Source of the DNA: Monocercomonoides exilis PA203
Lineage: Eukaryota; Protista; Preaxostyla
Assembly (NCBI GenBank): GCA_001643675.2
Contig: LSRY02000046.1
Coordinates: 248,001 to 312,000, forward strand
Reading direction: 5' to 3'
Length of the DNA stretch: 64,000 nucleotides
Shown here: in pieces, positions 41,941 through 55,003 of the stretch
How the letters are laid out: each line of letters begins with the position of its first letter
Position numbering within the stretch: the first letter of the stretch is position 1
The notes under the pieces: model-generated
Told to the model about the DNA's origin: nothing
What the model saw: the letters and a program-made list of their open reading frames with translations, nothing else
Databases searched by the model: none
Made by a program: the position numbers and the translations under genes

Positions 41941-43785
41941 GTTTGATTGAGAAAATAAGAAGAAATGAATATTGTAACTTTAATGTTTTATTTTTCTTTT
42001 TTTGCCATTTCACAAAATTGAAAGCAGATTATAATTCGAAATATGAAAAAGTTTTGTATGTGAATTTTTTTCCTTTTTTTTATTGAAAAAAACTTACAAA
42101 AATAGAAACAAACAAATAATCTTATTGCTTCTTTTCTTCTACATATAATTTCGAAATGACTGGCTGGAACACCGTTGTGCTAAAAAGAATTCTCACACTT
42201 GTTCGTTTGTTAAATATTTCGTCCCCTTTTATGCTCTTTAGAGTAATTAATTAAACTTTTGGCCTTTCACAGCTTTGAAAATCATAAGTGCAAAAGCGTT
42301 CTACGGTTGCACGTAATTCATCAATTTTTTCAGTCTGTTGTAATTAACGCTTCGCTCATCATTAAATGTGAACGTTTTTTCTTTATTTGAACTTTTTCAA
42401 TCCAAGAAACAATCATTTTTAGACTATTCATTTTCTTCAACAACTGAATTAATCTCCAACAGTTTTTCTATAACAAAGATGTTGAATTAACTTAATATTC
42501 ATTTTTCTTTCAAAGACAATTTAGCAGTTTAAGTCATGATTGAAAATATACAAAAGAGATATTTTAAAAATGAATAACAACAAAATCTAAACCTCGACAA
42601 CAAGTCATTCTCAATGTTGTGCTATTGCGTTGAGAAAATAATAAATAGCATTATCATGTTCTTTCTTTTAATGTATGTATTTTACTTAGAAAAAAATGGA
42701 GAATTGAGGGGAAAATTAGAAAAATTATGGAAATAAAGCAGAAAAACAAAATCAATAACAATTCTTTAACACAACTGACTATTTGGTTCTTCTTCGCATT
42801 TTCAAAGCATAAACACATTTCTGACTTGGCGTGACGTCAGAGACAGGTGACGTCAGTGACGCGTCTAAAATCCGATAGCCGCTTACACGTCAGTGAAAAA
42901 TGTGTAATGGATATTTTGATAAAATATTTTTATTTTTCCTTTTTTTTTATGTGACGTGGAAAAATCTGGCACGTCCGTCAAAAATCGAAAAGGTCACGTC
43001 AGAAGTCACCACGTCACCCAGGGTTAATTTTTAGAATTGATATTTCTATATTTTGAAAATTATAATGATTTTTCATTTTTAATTTAGGATATTTTTTTTT
43101 AAAGACAACTTTATTATTCATATAGATTTTATTTTCTTAAAAATGTTTAGGAATCTTGGGATGGTATTTGTCTTTTCATTATTTTTGCATCACGTAATAT
43201 TTTTGAATATTTTTCTCTATTTTTTAAAAATTTCTGCTTAATACAACATTGTGATGGAAGATTTATTATGACATTATTGCAGAAGAAGTGAAAAATAAAT
43301 CTTTATTTTTTTCATGAATGCAAGTATTTTCCCTCATTTATCAAAAAGCATTGAAAAATGATAACTCCATTTTCTAATAAAAACTTTTTTCGTACCTTAA
43401 ATATTGACCTTTTTACTGATAAACCGTATTCAACATTTTCATTAATAACTTCTTGTGAAAGGCAAAATCCATTTTTTTAAATCAACTCCCAATAAAAGTT
43501 TAAATATCTTAAATTTTCATCCATGTGTAATTTTTATGTTTTCTGTATGGTTTCAAGTTTTTTGAATTGAAAAAACGAACATTTGTTTTTTAAAGCCGAG
43601 ATATGACTCATTTGTTTCGTTATTTTTCTTTTGTTGTATTTGAAATTTAAAAAATACGATATTTTTATCATGTTCTCGTTCCCACTCACGAATCTTCACA
43701 AGAATGAATACAGCAGCCATATCACGTTATGGTCTTCATTTTCATAAAAATTTCATGAGTCGGAACAGTTGTTTGATCAAAATAT

Positions 43786-44023
43786 GTCTAAATTTTTTTG
43801 AAAAGTTCCATTTGTTTAATTTTCTAAAAATCAAAAATTTCATATTTCTTTCAAATTTCTGTTTTCACTCACGAAATCACACCAAAACGGATATAATAAC
43901 GTTGTCAAGGATTTGTTTCAATGACAGCATAATTTGGTGAGCAGAAACAGTAATTTGAATGAAATATGAAAATTTTAGTTTTTTGAAAATTAAACAAATG
44001 GAACTTTTCATAAAAATTTTGAA
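43786..44023. mobile_element. MITE family C, copy 2
   Basis: Shares GTCTAAATTTTTTTGAAAAGTTCC with the copy at 12727; ATAT flanks. Confidence 0.75.
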
Positions 44024-44463
44024 ATATTTTTTTTATTCCATTTGATAATTATGTTGGATTACTATTTAAAAGAAATTGGAAATTTTTTCTTATTTTCAAC
44101 ACATAAATTTTTCACCAAATATTATTTAACATGAACAATTTTTATTCGAAATCGAAAAAAAGAAACTCAAGATCAAAAATATTGAATTCAAAATCGAAAA
44201 TTGTTAATCACAAAAAAATTCAAAAATGGTCCAAAATTCAGTTTCATCTGTTGTTATTCTTTTTGTGAATGAAGAGAGAAATATAACAATTTCGAACTTT
44301 TTTTTTAACTTTTTCGAAGTTTTTTTGGTGTTCGATTGTGTGCAGATGCGTTATTAGGAAAAATATGGATTTTCATAATAGTCTTCACATGTGCTCAGGA
44401 GATAATAAGAAATTTTGTCAATAAAATAAAAGAAAAAAAGAAAAAAATAAAAAAAAAGAAAAA

Positions 44464-44816
44464 GATATCGTAAAAAATACCGGACAAGATCGATTTGACA
44501 ATAACTGCAAGAGAAATAATTCTGACAATTTTCCTCAAAATATATCTCATCAATACAAACTCATTTGATATATAAAACTTTTAATATATCTTTATTGGTG
44601 CTCAAAAAAAATTAATGATTGAAATCTCGGAGAAGCTCAAAATCCAATTTCTCCGATTTTTAAAGAATAATTTTTTGAGTACAAATGAGGCTATTTTGAA
44701 AGTTTCGTGTATCAACTGAGTTTGTATTTATGAGATGTATTTGGAGGAAAACTGTCAGAATCATTCCTCTTGCGGTTATTGAGAAATCGATCTTGTGCGG
44801 TATTTTTTGCGATGTC
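44464..44816. mobile_element. MITE family B, copy 2 (different extreme termini)
   Basis: AAAAAATACCGGACAAGATCGATTT and the interior are colinear with 12302-12660. Confidence 0.8.
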
Positions 44817-45441
44817 CGGTGTTTTGTGCAATATTTGTTCAATTGTTCATAATCTTGTATCACCCTCAAAAAGACAGAAATTAACTCGTATATTTGAAAC
44901 GAAATGCTTTTAACAAGGTTAGTTTAACATAAAACAGAAAAAATTGACCTCTTTGATTTTATTATTGAGTGAAGGATTTATTCATATCTGTCTTAATCAT
45001 GGAAAACAGTTGCAGAGAATAAAAGAAAAACATTCTCAAAAAATTAACATTAGTAATTTTCAACATAAGTTTCAATGTAATTTTCTTGGTTTTCACTTGA
45101 ATTGAATATCTGTATTCATTGACTGCTTTTTCGATTTTGAATTTAAGATTTTGATGTCGAATAATCTTAGTGTGGTTTTTTCATCCGGACTTTTTTTTTA
45201 TCCGGACAAAAATTTAAAATTAAAATATCTCAACAAACATTCAATATCAATTTACAGAAATTTGCATGGTTGTATATTAACATATGTGACATCTATTCAT
45301 ATACATAATTTTAATAGCAGTGTTGTATAATTTAAGAAATAAATTATTTTTATTTTTGAAAATCCGACTTTTGATGAATTTTTCTATTTTAATAAAATGA
45401 TTTGGTTCGTCTTTAATACATAGTAATTATTTTTTCTATAT

Positions 45442-45699
45442 GGGTGATTATTTTTGAAATCATATCTTTTTTCGGGGTGTTGACTTTTCAATGACTGTTG
45501 GTTTTTTGAAAGAAAATTTTAATACAAAAGAGAAAAAGCATGATAATTGTATTTTGAAACAAATGTTTTTTCCGAATTGAAGATTAAAATGTGTTCAATA
45601 AGCCTTTTCACTTTTCAAATTATTTTTAATTGATATTCAAGAAATATTTTTGCACCGATTTTTTTGTATGAAAAAATATGATTTCAAAAATAATCACCC
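45442..45699. mobile_element. MITE family D nested in the left arm
   Basis: ATAT|GGGTGATTATTTTTGAAATCATAT...ATATGATTTCAAAAATAATCACCC|ATAT. Confidence 0.88.
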
Positions 45700-46198
45700 A
45701 TATTGTAAATTATTCTGATTATTTTTTATTTTCCACAATTTGCTCTTTCAAATGGAATGAAAATCTGTCATATTTGAAAAATTTTTGTCAATGGGACAAC
45801 TTAAAAAATATTTTTCATTAAATGCAACCCCATCGAACTAAAACAAACGTATGCATTAATTAATATAACAGTTATACAAAATTACTGACTAATTGTTATT
45901 CAAAATGTTTCAATATTTATTTCTGAAAACAAATTTAAATTGAAATAAAAACAAATTGATTTGTGATATTTATCATTCATGGATGTTAATCAATTAAAAT
46001 ATCAACTATGTAGTAATTTTGTATAACTGTTATATTAATTAATGCATACGTTTGTTTTAGTTCGATGGGGTTGCATTTAATGAAAAATATTTTTTAAGTT
46101 GTCCCATTGACAAAAATTTTTCAAATATGACAGATTTTCATTCCATTTGAAAGAGCAAATTGTGGAAAATAAAAAATAATCAGAATAATTTACAATAT

Positions 46199-46456
46199 GG
46201 GTGATTATTTTTGAAATCATATTTTTTCATACAAAAAAATCGGTGCAAAAATATTTCTTGAATATCAATTAAAAATAATTTGAAAAGTGAAAAGGCTTAT
46301 TGAACACATTTTAATCTTCAATTCGGAAAAAACATTTGTTTCAAAATACAATTATCATGCTTTTTCTCTTTTGTATTAAAATTTTCTTTCAAAAAACCAA
46401 CAGTCATTGAAAAGTCAACACCCCGAAAAAAGATATGATTTCAAAAATAATCACCC
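46199..46456. mobile_element. MITE family D, mirror copy nested in the right arm
   Basis: Reverse complement of 45442-45699 at the exactly symmetric position. Confidence 0.88.
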
Positions 46457-46955
46457 ATATAGAAAAAATAATTACTATGTATTAAAGACGAACCAAATCA
46501 TTTTATTAAAATAGAAAAATTCATCAAAAGTCGGATTTTCAAAAATAAAAATAATTTATTTCTTAAATTATACAACACTGCTATTAAAATTATGTATATG
46601 AATAGATGTCACATATGTTAATATACAACCATGCAAATTTCTGTAAATTGATATTGAATGTTTGTTGAGATATTTTAATTTTAAATTTTTGTCCGGATAA
46701 AAAAAAAGTCCGGATGAAAAAACCACCCTAGGTGTGTTTAGTATGAAATAAATATTACGTTGAAACCTTCATTATTATATTTAATTAACAAAACCAACAA
46801 AGTGCTTAACAACTCCAAATGAAAGTTTTTTAATTCACTGATAATCGAATTGTTTATTTTACTCAAAAATTTTGTGACAAATTCGATTTCTCTCATTGCT
46901 GAATGATTACGATATCTATAGTGATCATTCAATCAAATGAATGATAAATCAACTT

Positions 46956-47160
46956 GGCTGATCCTTTTTGAAATCATACTTTCGTTCGAGTTTTGATCAA
47001 AAATTTTTTCTAAAGGGATTTTGAAAAATTGAACTAAAACTGATAATACATATAGTTCATGATGATGTAATTGCAGAAACAAATTTAATTTAAAAATCCC
47101 ATTGAGCTTGAAATTTTGATCAAAACTCGAACGAAAGAATGATTTCAAAAAGGATCATTC
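46956..47160. mobile_element. MITE family A, copy 2
   Basis: Same TIR and length as 9047-9252; ACTT flanks. Confidence 0.85.
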
Positions 47161-47196
47161 ACTTATAACAAGATTTTCAAGGATGAAACTGAAAAC

Positions 47197-48607
47197 GGTA
47201 AAAGTGGAATCAATCGACACCTTTGATCTTAATAAAAACTATTCAAATCTTGGATTATTATTTTTTATAAGTTTATTAATACATCGTATTTCTTAAATAA
47301 ATGCTTTTTTTCAAAAACAAAAAAAAAGAACTTTTCAATCCTTTGATCCATCTTATTTTGAAAAAAGGGTTAAATAATTCATTGTTTATTTTTCTTTTCA
47401 AGAGCATGCAGAAAGATAAAGTTGAATTATCGACATATTTTCGAATGTTTAATGATAACAGTTGTTGTTGGGAATGGTTTAGGACTCAAATTCTTGATAT
47501 ATCAAAAGCAAAGTGCAGTTCATGTGGTTCATTTATGTTTCTTGGAAGAGATTCAATATCATCATTTATTCTTCGCTGTCCTAAATGTAAAAGAAGAAAA
47601 TCACCATTTTCTAATTTGATTAATTATCATTCGAAATTGGGGATTTCAAAATTATTGATGTTACTTCTTTTTCTTTTCCTACGTTTAAATATAACTCAAA
47701 TATCTATTCTACTTAACGTGGACCCATCTACCGTTTCTTTTTACTCAAATACAGCTCGAAGAATAAGGTTGGAGTCATTGCTGTCGGAATCATTGTGGCT
47801 TGGAGGGAAAAATATGATTGTAGAAATTGATGAAATGTTGCTTCGTCGAAGAAAGTACAAAAGAGGAAGAAGGAAAAAACAGATTTGGCTTTTTGGGATG
47901 GTTGAAAGGAATGATTTGGGCAAACAAGGAAATTTTACGATTGTCAGAGTGAGAAATAGAAAAAAAGAAAGCCTGATTCCTATTATTATTACAAACATAA
48001 GAAAAGATAGCATGATTTACTCCGATGAATGGCTTGCATATAGATCATTACCTGAATATGGATATTCCCACAAGACAGTATGTCACAAGTATCGTTACAG
48101 AACTGAAGACGGAGTGTGTACAAATATGATTGAAGGAATATGGTCGCAATTTAGAAAATTTTTATGTACAACAGGTATCAGAGATCGGTTCATAGATGAT
48201 ACAATTGCGGAATTTATATCTTTCAAAAGAAAGAATCTGGATTTCGTCAAATTTTGTCAAAAAATTTTCTATTTTAAAGATAACGATACCCATAATGAAA
48301 AAAAAGATAATAGTGATTCTGAAAATACAGATGATGAATCAAGTTCAGATGAATTATCTATTGTTGAGGATTCTATCTATTATGATTCCGATTCAACAGA
48401 AATTGAAGACGGAGCCAGTGCATCCGAATACAAAGAAGATCACTAAATGAAATTTTCAAATGAACCTTTTTTGTCTAACGTTTCATTTTTTCAAATAACA
48501 ACTAATAAACATTTTCTCTCATCAATTATTTATTTATTTTAAGGTTTTGAATCAAAAATACTCAAAAATGCGATTATTAAAAGGTGTCGGTTGAGTCCAT
48601 TCTTACC
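47197..48607 (+). mobile_element. Full-length Merlin (IS1595/ISXO2-like) DNA transposon
   Basis: Imperfect 28-bp TIRs (GGTAAAAGTGGAATCAATCGACACCTTT and AAAGGTGTCGGTTGAGTCCATTCTTACC); perfect 8-bp TSD CTGAAAAC at 47189-47196 and 48608-48615. Confidence 0.93.
47406..48446 (+). CDS. Merlin/IS1595-family DDE transposase
   Basis: CxxC..CxxC zinc ribbon, HTH-like segment, VEIDE, IYSDEWLAY, TVCH, TNMIEGIW; uninterrupted ORF (alternative ATG at 47301). Confidence 0.93.
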   Translation: MQKDKVELSTYFRMFNDNSCCWEWFRTQILDISKAKCSSCGSFMFLGRDSISSFILRCPKCKRRKSPFSNLINYHSKLGISKLLMLLLFLFLRLNITQISILLNVDPSTVSFYSNTARRIRLESLLSESLWLGGKNMIVEIDEMLLRRRKYKRGRRKKQIWLFGMVERNDLGKQGNFTIVRVRNRKKESLIPIIITNIRKDSMIYSDEWLAYRSLPEYGYSHKTVCHKYRYRTEDGVCTNMIEGIWSQFRKFLCTTGIRDRFIDDTIAEFISFKRKNLDFVKFCQKIFYFKDNDTHNEKKDNSDSENTDDESSSDELSIVEDSIYYDSDSTEIEDGASASEYKEDH

Positions 48608-48925
48608 CTGAAAACATTGAAAAACTAATTCGTCCGATATTCGACATTGCACTATTAGATGCTTGCTTCCAGATATGAATAATTAACAATCATTGCTTTG
48701 CTGCAATCTTTTTAATGGTGCAAAATAAAATGGTGAAATGAATCATCATCAAATAATAATAAAATCAAATATTCAAAATGAAAAAAATATGAAGATGAAG
48801 AATTTTCGAATAACAAAATGAATAATTAATAATGCTGTGTTTAAGAAAATATCATTCGAAATAGAGAAGATCATTGGTAGAGTGTTATTTGAACGAAGAT
48901 TAGAAGTGTGTGATGCAGTTGATAA

Positions 48926-51669
48926 TCACAAAGAAGATAAACGTGTGCTTTTCAGCTTGTTGTAGCCAATAATTAGAGGCTTCACATCAACACCCTTTGC
49001 TTTTGCTCTCTCAATTTCCTCTTTTAGAAATTGTTCACTTGTAAAATTTGATATTTTGAGAAGGAAGAATTTCGTTGTCAAAATAATCATTCAAAACCAC
49101 AACAAAAATACAGGAACACATAAAATATTAAATTATAGCATTTTTTATGTTTCAATAAAAAAGCAAACCTTTCATCTTGCATTGATTGAATCATTGTTCT
49201 GTCTCGTGCGAGTGTACGCGTCTTCTCAGCCATCTCTCTTTCTCTTGTTTCTTCCTAAATATTTGAAACAGCAAACAAAAATACATCATAACATTAAATA
49301 AATAAATAAATAATTAAATACAAAATGAAGTAAATGAAAATCTTATAGAGGTATGGAAAGTCATGAAGCGATAAAGCACATATAATTACAGAACTCATTT
49401 CTCCAATCACCCAAACCATCTGTCTTCTTCTCATCTGGTCGACTTCAATTGCCTTCTGCCTCTTTCGTTCTGTCTCTTCCCATTCCTGCTGCTCCAATTC
49501 TCTTCTTATCTGCTCAGCAGCTATCCTTTCCTTCTCCTTTCGCTGCCTCTCTTTCTCCTGTTTCGCTTTCTTAAGCGCTTCTTGTGCTGCTCTTGCCTCT
49601 TGCATCGCCTTCAGCGAACGCGCACGCTTCGCCTTTTCAGCTGCCTCCCGCTCTGCTTCTTTGCGGTCGTGCTCTTCAATCTGAAAAAAGACAAGTGGGA
49701 AAATTCAAACAGATATATTTTTTGATTTAAAAAATTTGTTTGAATAGATTTCAGTTCAAATGATTAAGTTAAAAAGAAAAATTATTTATTCATCAAATAT
49801 ATAAAGAATATTTAAAGTTACGAAATCACAACATTTGCCTCAATATCAAACCTGTCTTTGCAACATTTCTCTTTCCTTCGCAGTCTCATCAACTTGGACT
49901 TTTTCCAGTCTTTGACAGATATCATCACGCCTCAGCTGCTCCAATCTGATGAAAAACGAATATATTGCAGATTGTGTAAGACAAAGCAATAAAATCACAA
50001 AATATGATTCAGTTATAAATGAATAAAATAACATGATATTCACATATTTTGTGAATAATTTGTGATATATCATATCACAATATATTGAATAATAAATAAA
50101 AATTTGATAATTTCAAGTTAATCTAATCATCACTTCCTTAGCAATTGAACAAACCTTTGCTCTTCTGCAATTGCTCTCATTCGATCAACCATCTCTTCAT
50201 CCTTCTTCCTCTGATCTTCGATTCTTTTTGTCTCTTCTTCAAGTGCCTTCTTCTCGTCTTCGATCTTCTTCAGCTGTAAAGACACAAAAAATGAGTGATT
50301 AACGTATATAAATAAATATCATGTAAAAAAGGAATAGAAATGAATATTTTTTAAATGATATTTCAATATAAATTAGTTTTATCCGAATATCTAACTCATC
50401 TTTCAATCACAATTAAATGAAAAATATTCCCATCATCTTGCTGTAGCACCAACACACAAAGCAAAAACTTAAAGTATTTCTTTTTTCTTTTTTGTTTTTC
50501 TCTCCTTCTTTTTTCTAATTCGCTTTTTTTTTCAAACCCTCATTTCGTGCATGATTCGATCATTTTCGTATCTCATTTTTCTTGCTCTTTCTCTTCTCAT
50601 TAACTCATTTGCTTTTTCCTCTTCTTCAGCCTTAATAGCAGCCTGACGAATTCTTTCCCCTTCCTCAAAGTTATCCTGTTATTGCAAATAACACATATAA
50701 GTATAACATTTACAAATGGTATGCCCATATCAATTAAATCCATTTGCGTTTTCATTTATCTTTTAAGATGTTTACAATTCTAAAAATATCAAACTTCTAT
50801 CTCTCTTCTTCTTTGCTCAACGTGCTCTAATAATTGCGCTTTTCTTTCTTCTGCAATCTTCCTTCTAATTTGATTTCTTCTTTCTTCTTCCTCTTCGGCT
50901 TGCTGATTTTCTCTCCTCAATTTTTCCATCGTTTGCAGATGATATTGTCTATCTTGCTCTTTTTCCATATTTTCAATCCTCATTTTTGCTTCCCTTTGCA
51001 TAGCAGTTTCTTTTTGTGCTTCTGCAAGACGTAATTTTGAAGAGAGCATTCTTGCAATGTCGTCTTCTCTCTTTAACTTTGAAGCAGCATATTCAAGCGC
51101 TTGCTGATGTTGCATTTCTAAACAGACGGAAAAAAGTTATAACCAAATAAAAAAAAATTTTTTTTTAAAATTACAACGCACCCCTCAATTTTGCTTCTTG
51201 TTCATCAAGTGCCTTTAGTTCGTCTTCCTTTGTTTTTAACCTAAATTCTCGTTCTCTAAAATTGCCGATTAAATTTTTTGAAAAAATGAAAAAGCAAAAA
51301 ACCGTATTTTTTGCTCACGTTTTGATTCAAAAGAATCTGCCCAACCACGAGCACGTTGAAGTGAACGCTCGTGTGCTTCTTTTTTCTGGAAAAACCAAAG
51401 ACATAAAAAATTTGTAAGTCCATTTCATTAAGGCAAGTAAAAAAAATGTAGATCACAAAAAAGGAAAACCTTTTGCTCAAACGAGCGGTCAGCTGTACTA
51501 GGCGATGCTTCCCTCCACATCTTAAGATATTCAGGCCTCGTTAAAACGACCGCAGATTGAGAATCTATTTTTCCAGTTCTAATCGAAAATTCGCAATGAT
51601 TATCATAACAACAAAAATAGTTTACAATAAAAATACAACTTTACCACACCCTGTTCTTATAGAAGCCAT
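48926..51669 (-). CDS. CFAP210: Coiled-coil axonemal microtubule-inner protein, CFAP210/CCDC173-like, many short exons
   Basis: EAHERSLQRARGWADSFESKREQK near the N-terminus, E/R/K/Q-rich exons and C-terminal AKAKGVDVKPL resemble CFAP210 as recalled; not verified by search. Confidence 0.6.
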
Positions 51670-52219
51670 TTAAAAGGCAAAAATATTCTAACCGTTCCCA
51701 TTATTCAACTCTCATCGATCAACTTTCAATCAATAATTTCAATTAATTTTAAAACAAAAATTTCGATATGATAGAGTGAGATAAAATAAGTGGATTTCAA
51801 AATCATTAAAAGAAAGCCAAATTACGTTTCAGAAGAAGAAAGAAATAGAAAAATAAAACACTCTAAAAATTTCAAAACAAAACAATAAAAGAGCACATTC
51901 GAAAACAAAAAGACAAACATATTTAAAATAAATAAAATAATAATAAAGTTTGTTGCATATAAGGTGATTTTAATGCAAATTCTAAACATCCAAGTTATAT
52001 TAACAGACGAACAAACAGTCATAATGAAGTTGAAGTGATGAAGCAAAAACATATGTAGATATGCTTAACAGCTCTGAAGAAAGAACACAAAATAAAAACA
52101 TACTGTGAAATGAAATCGTTTCCCATTTTATTTTATTTTATTTTATCCTTAATTTTTGAGAAAAAAACAAGCCGAAGACGAAAAAAAAAACGAAAAAATA
52201 ACAAATAAATTCTTTGAAA

Positions 52220-54817
52220 TTACGATGGAGCAAATGATTGTATTTCAGACAATATGAATGTTGGATCATCGTTTGGGTGAAGTGAATAAGGTGGGAGCTG
52301 CACAGAAGAGCTGGAAGAAGAGGAGCTTGAAGATGTTGATAGAAACGACGAAGCAAGCAAAGAAGCAGCAGCAGTAGAAGATGAAGAAGAGGAAGAAGAA
52401 GAAAATGAAGAGGAGCTGTTGATGGCCGTTGCATTTGCAGCAGAAGAAGCAGAAATGGCAGCATTTGACGTGAAAGGGAAGGCAGAAAACGGAATGGGAT
52501 GAGAAGAGCTTGAACGTGATGGTGACGCACAACTCGGTGAAGCAGACGATGCATATGGATACCCTCCAAACCCATCAGCATTGATGGAATAGTTGTCTTC
52601 CTCACTTATTTCTTTCTCTTTCTCCTTCTCTCTTTCCTTGTCTCTCTCCTTCTCTTTCTCCTTCAGCACATTTCCCGCTGCGAAAAACGCGCCACTAATT
52701 GGCATGTACCCCTGCTCCTTCAGCACACCCACCGACGACGCCAGCGAAGAAGGCAGTGTGATGTCTTCATTGCCTCCTCCTCCTCCTCCTCCTCCTCCTC
52801 CTGTCCCATCTGCCCCTTCCCCAAACACACCAACCCCACTCGCCCCGATGTTCTGCTGCTGCTGCTGCTGTTGTTGTTGCTCCTCATGTCGCAGCATCGC
52901 CACCGTTTCCTCGTTCTCGCTTCCCTCCACACGCTGCCTCTCCCTCTCCCTCTCCCTCTCTCTTTCTCTCTTCTCCCACTCTCCTCTCTCTTTCCTCCCT
53001 TTGTGTCTGTGCCCGTGTGTGTGCACATGCACATGGTGCTTTCCATACGATGCTCCGAATGCTTCTCTCGCTTTGCTCGACTGGTTGGACACAGGCGAAG
53101 GCGAATGCACAGCTCTCCTTTCTCCACTGCGCATGTCGTTCTTCGAGTGATGTATGCCTCTCTCTGCCTGCTGCCCTGCTCCACTTTTCTCTCTCTCTCT
53201 GCGTCTGTCTTCTCTTCCCCTCTCACTCTCGCTTTCTTCTCTTCTTTTATGCCCACTCTTTGCACTCCCTTGCTTGTACCTCCTGCTCTGACTTCTGACT
53301 CCTCCTTCCTCATTCGAGGTGATTATCACCTGTGTACCGTCCTTCATATCGCCTTCGTATGTCCGCGTGCGGCTGTCTCTGCTTCTACGCTTCCCGCTTC
53401 TCTCTCTTTCTTTCTCTCTTTCTCTGTCTCTTGTCTTTCCTCTGTCGCTTCCACCCATTCGTGTGCCTTTCTGCTTCTGGAAGACAGCCTCCGTCGGCAG
53501 CACAGGCAGCACAGCTATCCCGTCGATGTCTGCGCCGTGCTTGGCTTTGGAGATGTAATACACTTTGCTTGCTGCACGTGAGTCAGACTTTGACTTGGGC
53601 GAGTGGAGCGATAGCACGAAAAACACAGACAGAAGAAGAAGTGAAGGGACGATCTCGAATACGCAGAAAAACAAGCAGTAGTATGTGTAATAATATGCCC
53701 TGAGATAACAATAAGGAAAAAAATAAGAAAGAAAAAGAAAAAGAAAAAGAATATTAGATGTTGATGCATCAACATTACAAAATAAATGTTATAATTCAAA
53801 AATCATGTGTAAAAAGAGGGGGTAAATGTTTATAATTTGTTTGAATCACAAGAGATTAATAAGAAAATGAAAGTGGATATGCAGATAAAGAAAGCAAATA
53901 CCAGATACAAGTATCATTTATGAATGAAAAATTATCTCAAAAATATTATTGCGCAATAAAGTCATACCATCTTTGCTGTCCTTCTTTCACTGAATCCACA
54001 AGCTGGTTAATTAATGGTGCAAATACGTTGCAATTTGTTAAAGTTGTTAAAGTCCAACAAAAACGGATACAAAATATTCCGAACATGCAAAATATCAAAA
54101 TTAAGAGTATCCTGATTCTAATCCGAAAATCATCCGATATTTTGAATTTTAAAAATATCTGAAAAAGTCTTATTCCGTATATCATTATAGATACAGTGAT
54201 GATAAAATAATTTATTGAGTCAACAATTAAAAGAAGACGATTATGATCCCATTTGTCCGAAGAGCCTCGAATCTGACAAAGTTAAATAACAATATTTTCA
54301 AAATTGTAATTTCAAACCGTTATCAAAATGCACAAAGCAATTGTTATTGCGAATAAAGCAACAAAAGTTAATATAAACAATATTGTTAGCAAATTGCAAG
54401 AACTTTTACTGTGTGACAATGTTGAAACAACCGCACTCCCAAGCCATAAAGCAAGAAATTCCCATGCAAGAAACATAAGATATCTCGGGAATTCATCGCA
54501 AAGAAAGTAGAACGAAAATGATTCATACGGCAGAGGGATTGTAAGCAAAAATGAACGAAAAAATAAGAACAGAGAAATAAGAACTAAAAATAATTTTTCT
54601 ATTATATTTGATTTGGAACTTTGCTTGTGAAAAACTAAAACTGCTTCTTTTACGGACAAAAGAAGGCACAAAGAATACAAAACAAATAAAATAGTCACAG
54701 GAAAGCTATCATGGTTTATAATAACTGCAAAATGAATTAATAAAATTCATATTATAATAATATCTATTAACCTGGACATTCTAATGAGATTATCTTTTGA
54801 GGAACATAATTTACCAT
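52220..54817 (-). CDS. Multi-TM protein (THH1/TOM1/TOM3-GPR137-like) with a long low-complexity cytosolic tail, multi-exon
   Basis: About 7 hydrophobic segments across ORFs 54312-54698, 53946-54185 and 52220-53674, ending in FEIVPS; a further 3' exon near 52020-52075 is possible. Confidence 0.65.
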
Positions 54818-55003
54818 CAGCCCCACTTATTTATTATTTATTCTGAGATTTTTGATCTTCATCATTACAGAAAATTTCAAGAAAATAATGAATAAATTAA
54901 AAATAATTTTTAACTGCGCATAAAAATATTAGCATAGATAGATAAATGCATTTGTGTTGAAATTCTTTTATGAAAAATTGTAAAAAAGAGTTTGTTGAAA
55001 AAA

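Larger units (their letters stand above)
40138..43023. mobile_element. Non-autonomous piggyBac-like element
   Basis: GTAA|CCCTGGGTGACGTG...CACGTCACCCAGGG|TTAA: 14-bp TIR, CCCT/AGGG ends, TTAA-like flanks, clustered TGACG subterminal motifs. Confidence 0.75.
45170..46728. mobile_element. Long fold-back element (717-bp arms, 125-bp spacer), TA-flanked
   Basis: 45170-45886 is the reverse complement of 46012-46728 with constant coordinate sum 91898 and one mismatch seen near the terminus; homologous to 56346-57409. Confidence 0.92.

Noticed and set aside
42825-43020. CRE/bZIP enhancer cluster (TGACGTCA) or CRISPR-like repeats
   Set aside because: Better explained as piggyBac subterminal repeats; no regular repeat-spacer structure.
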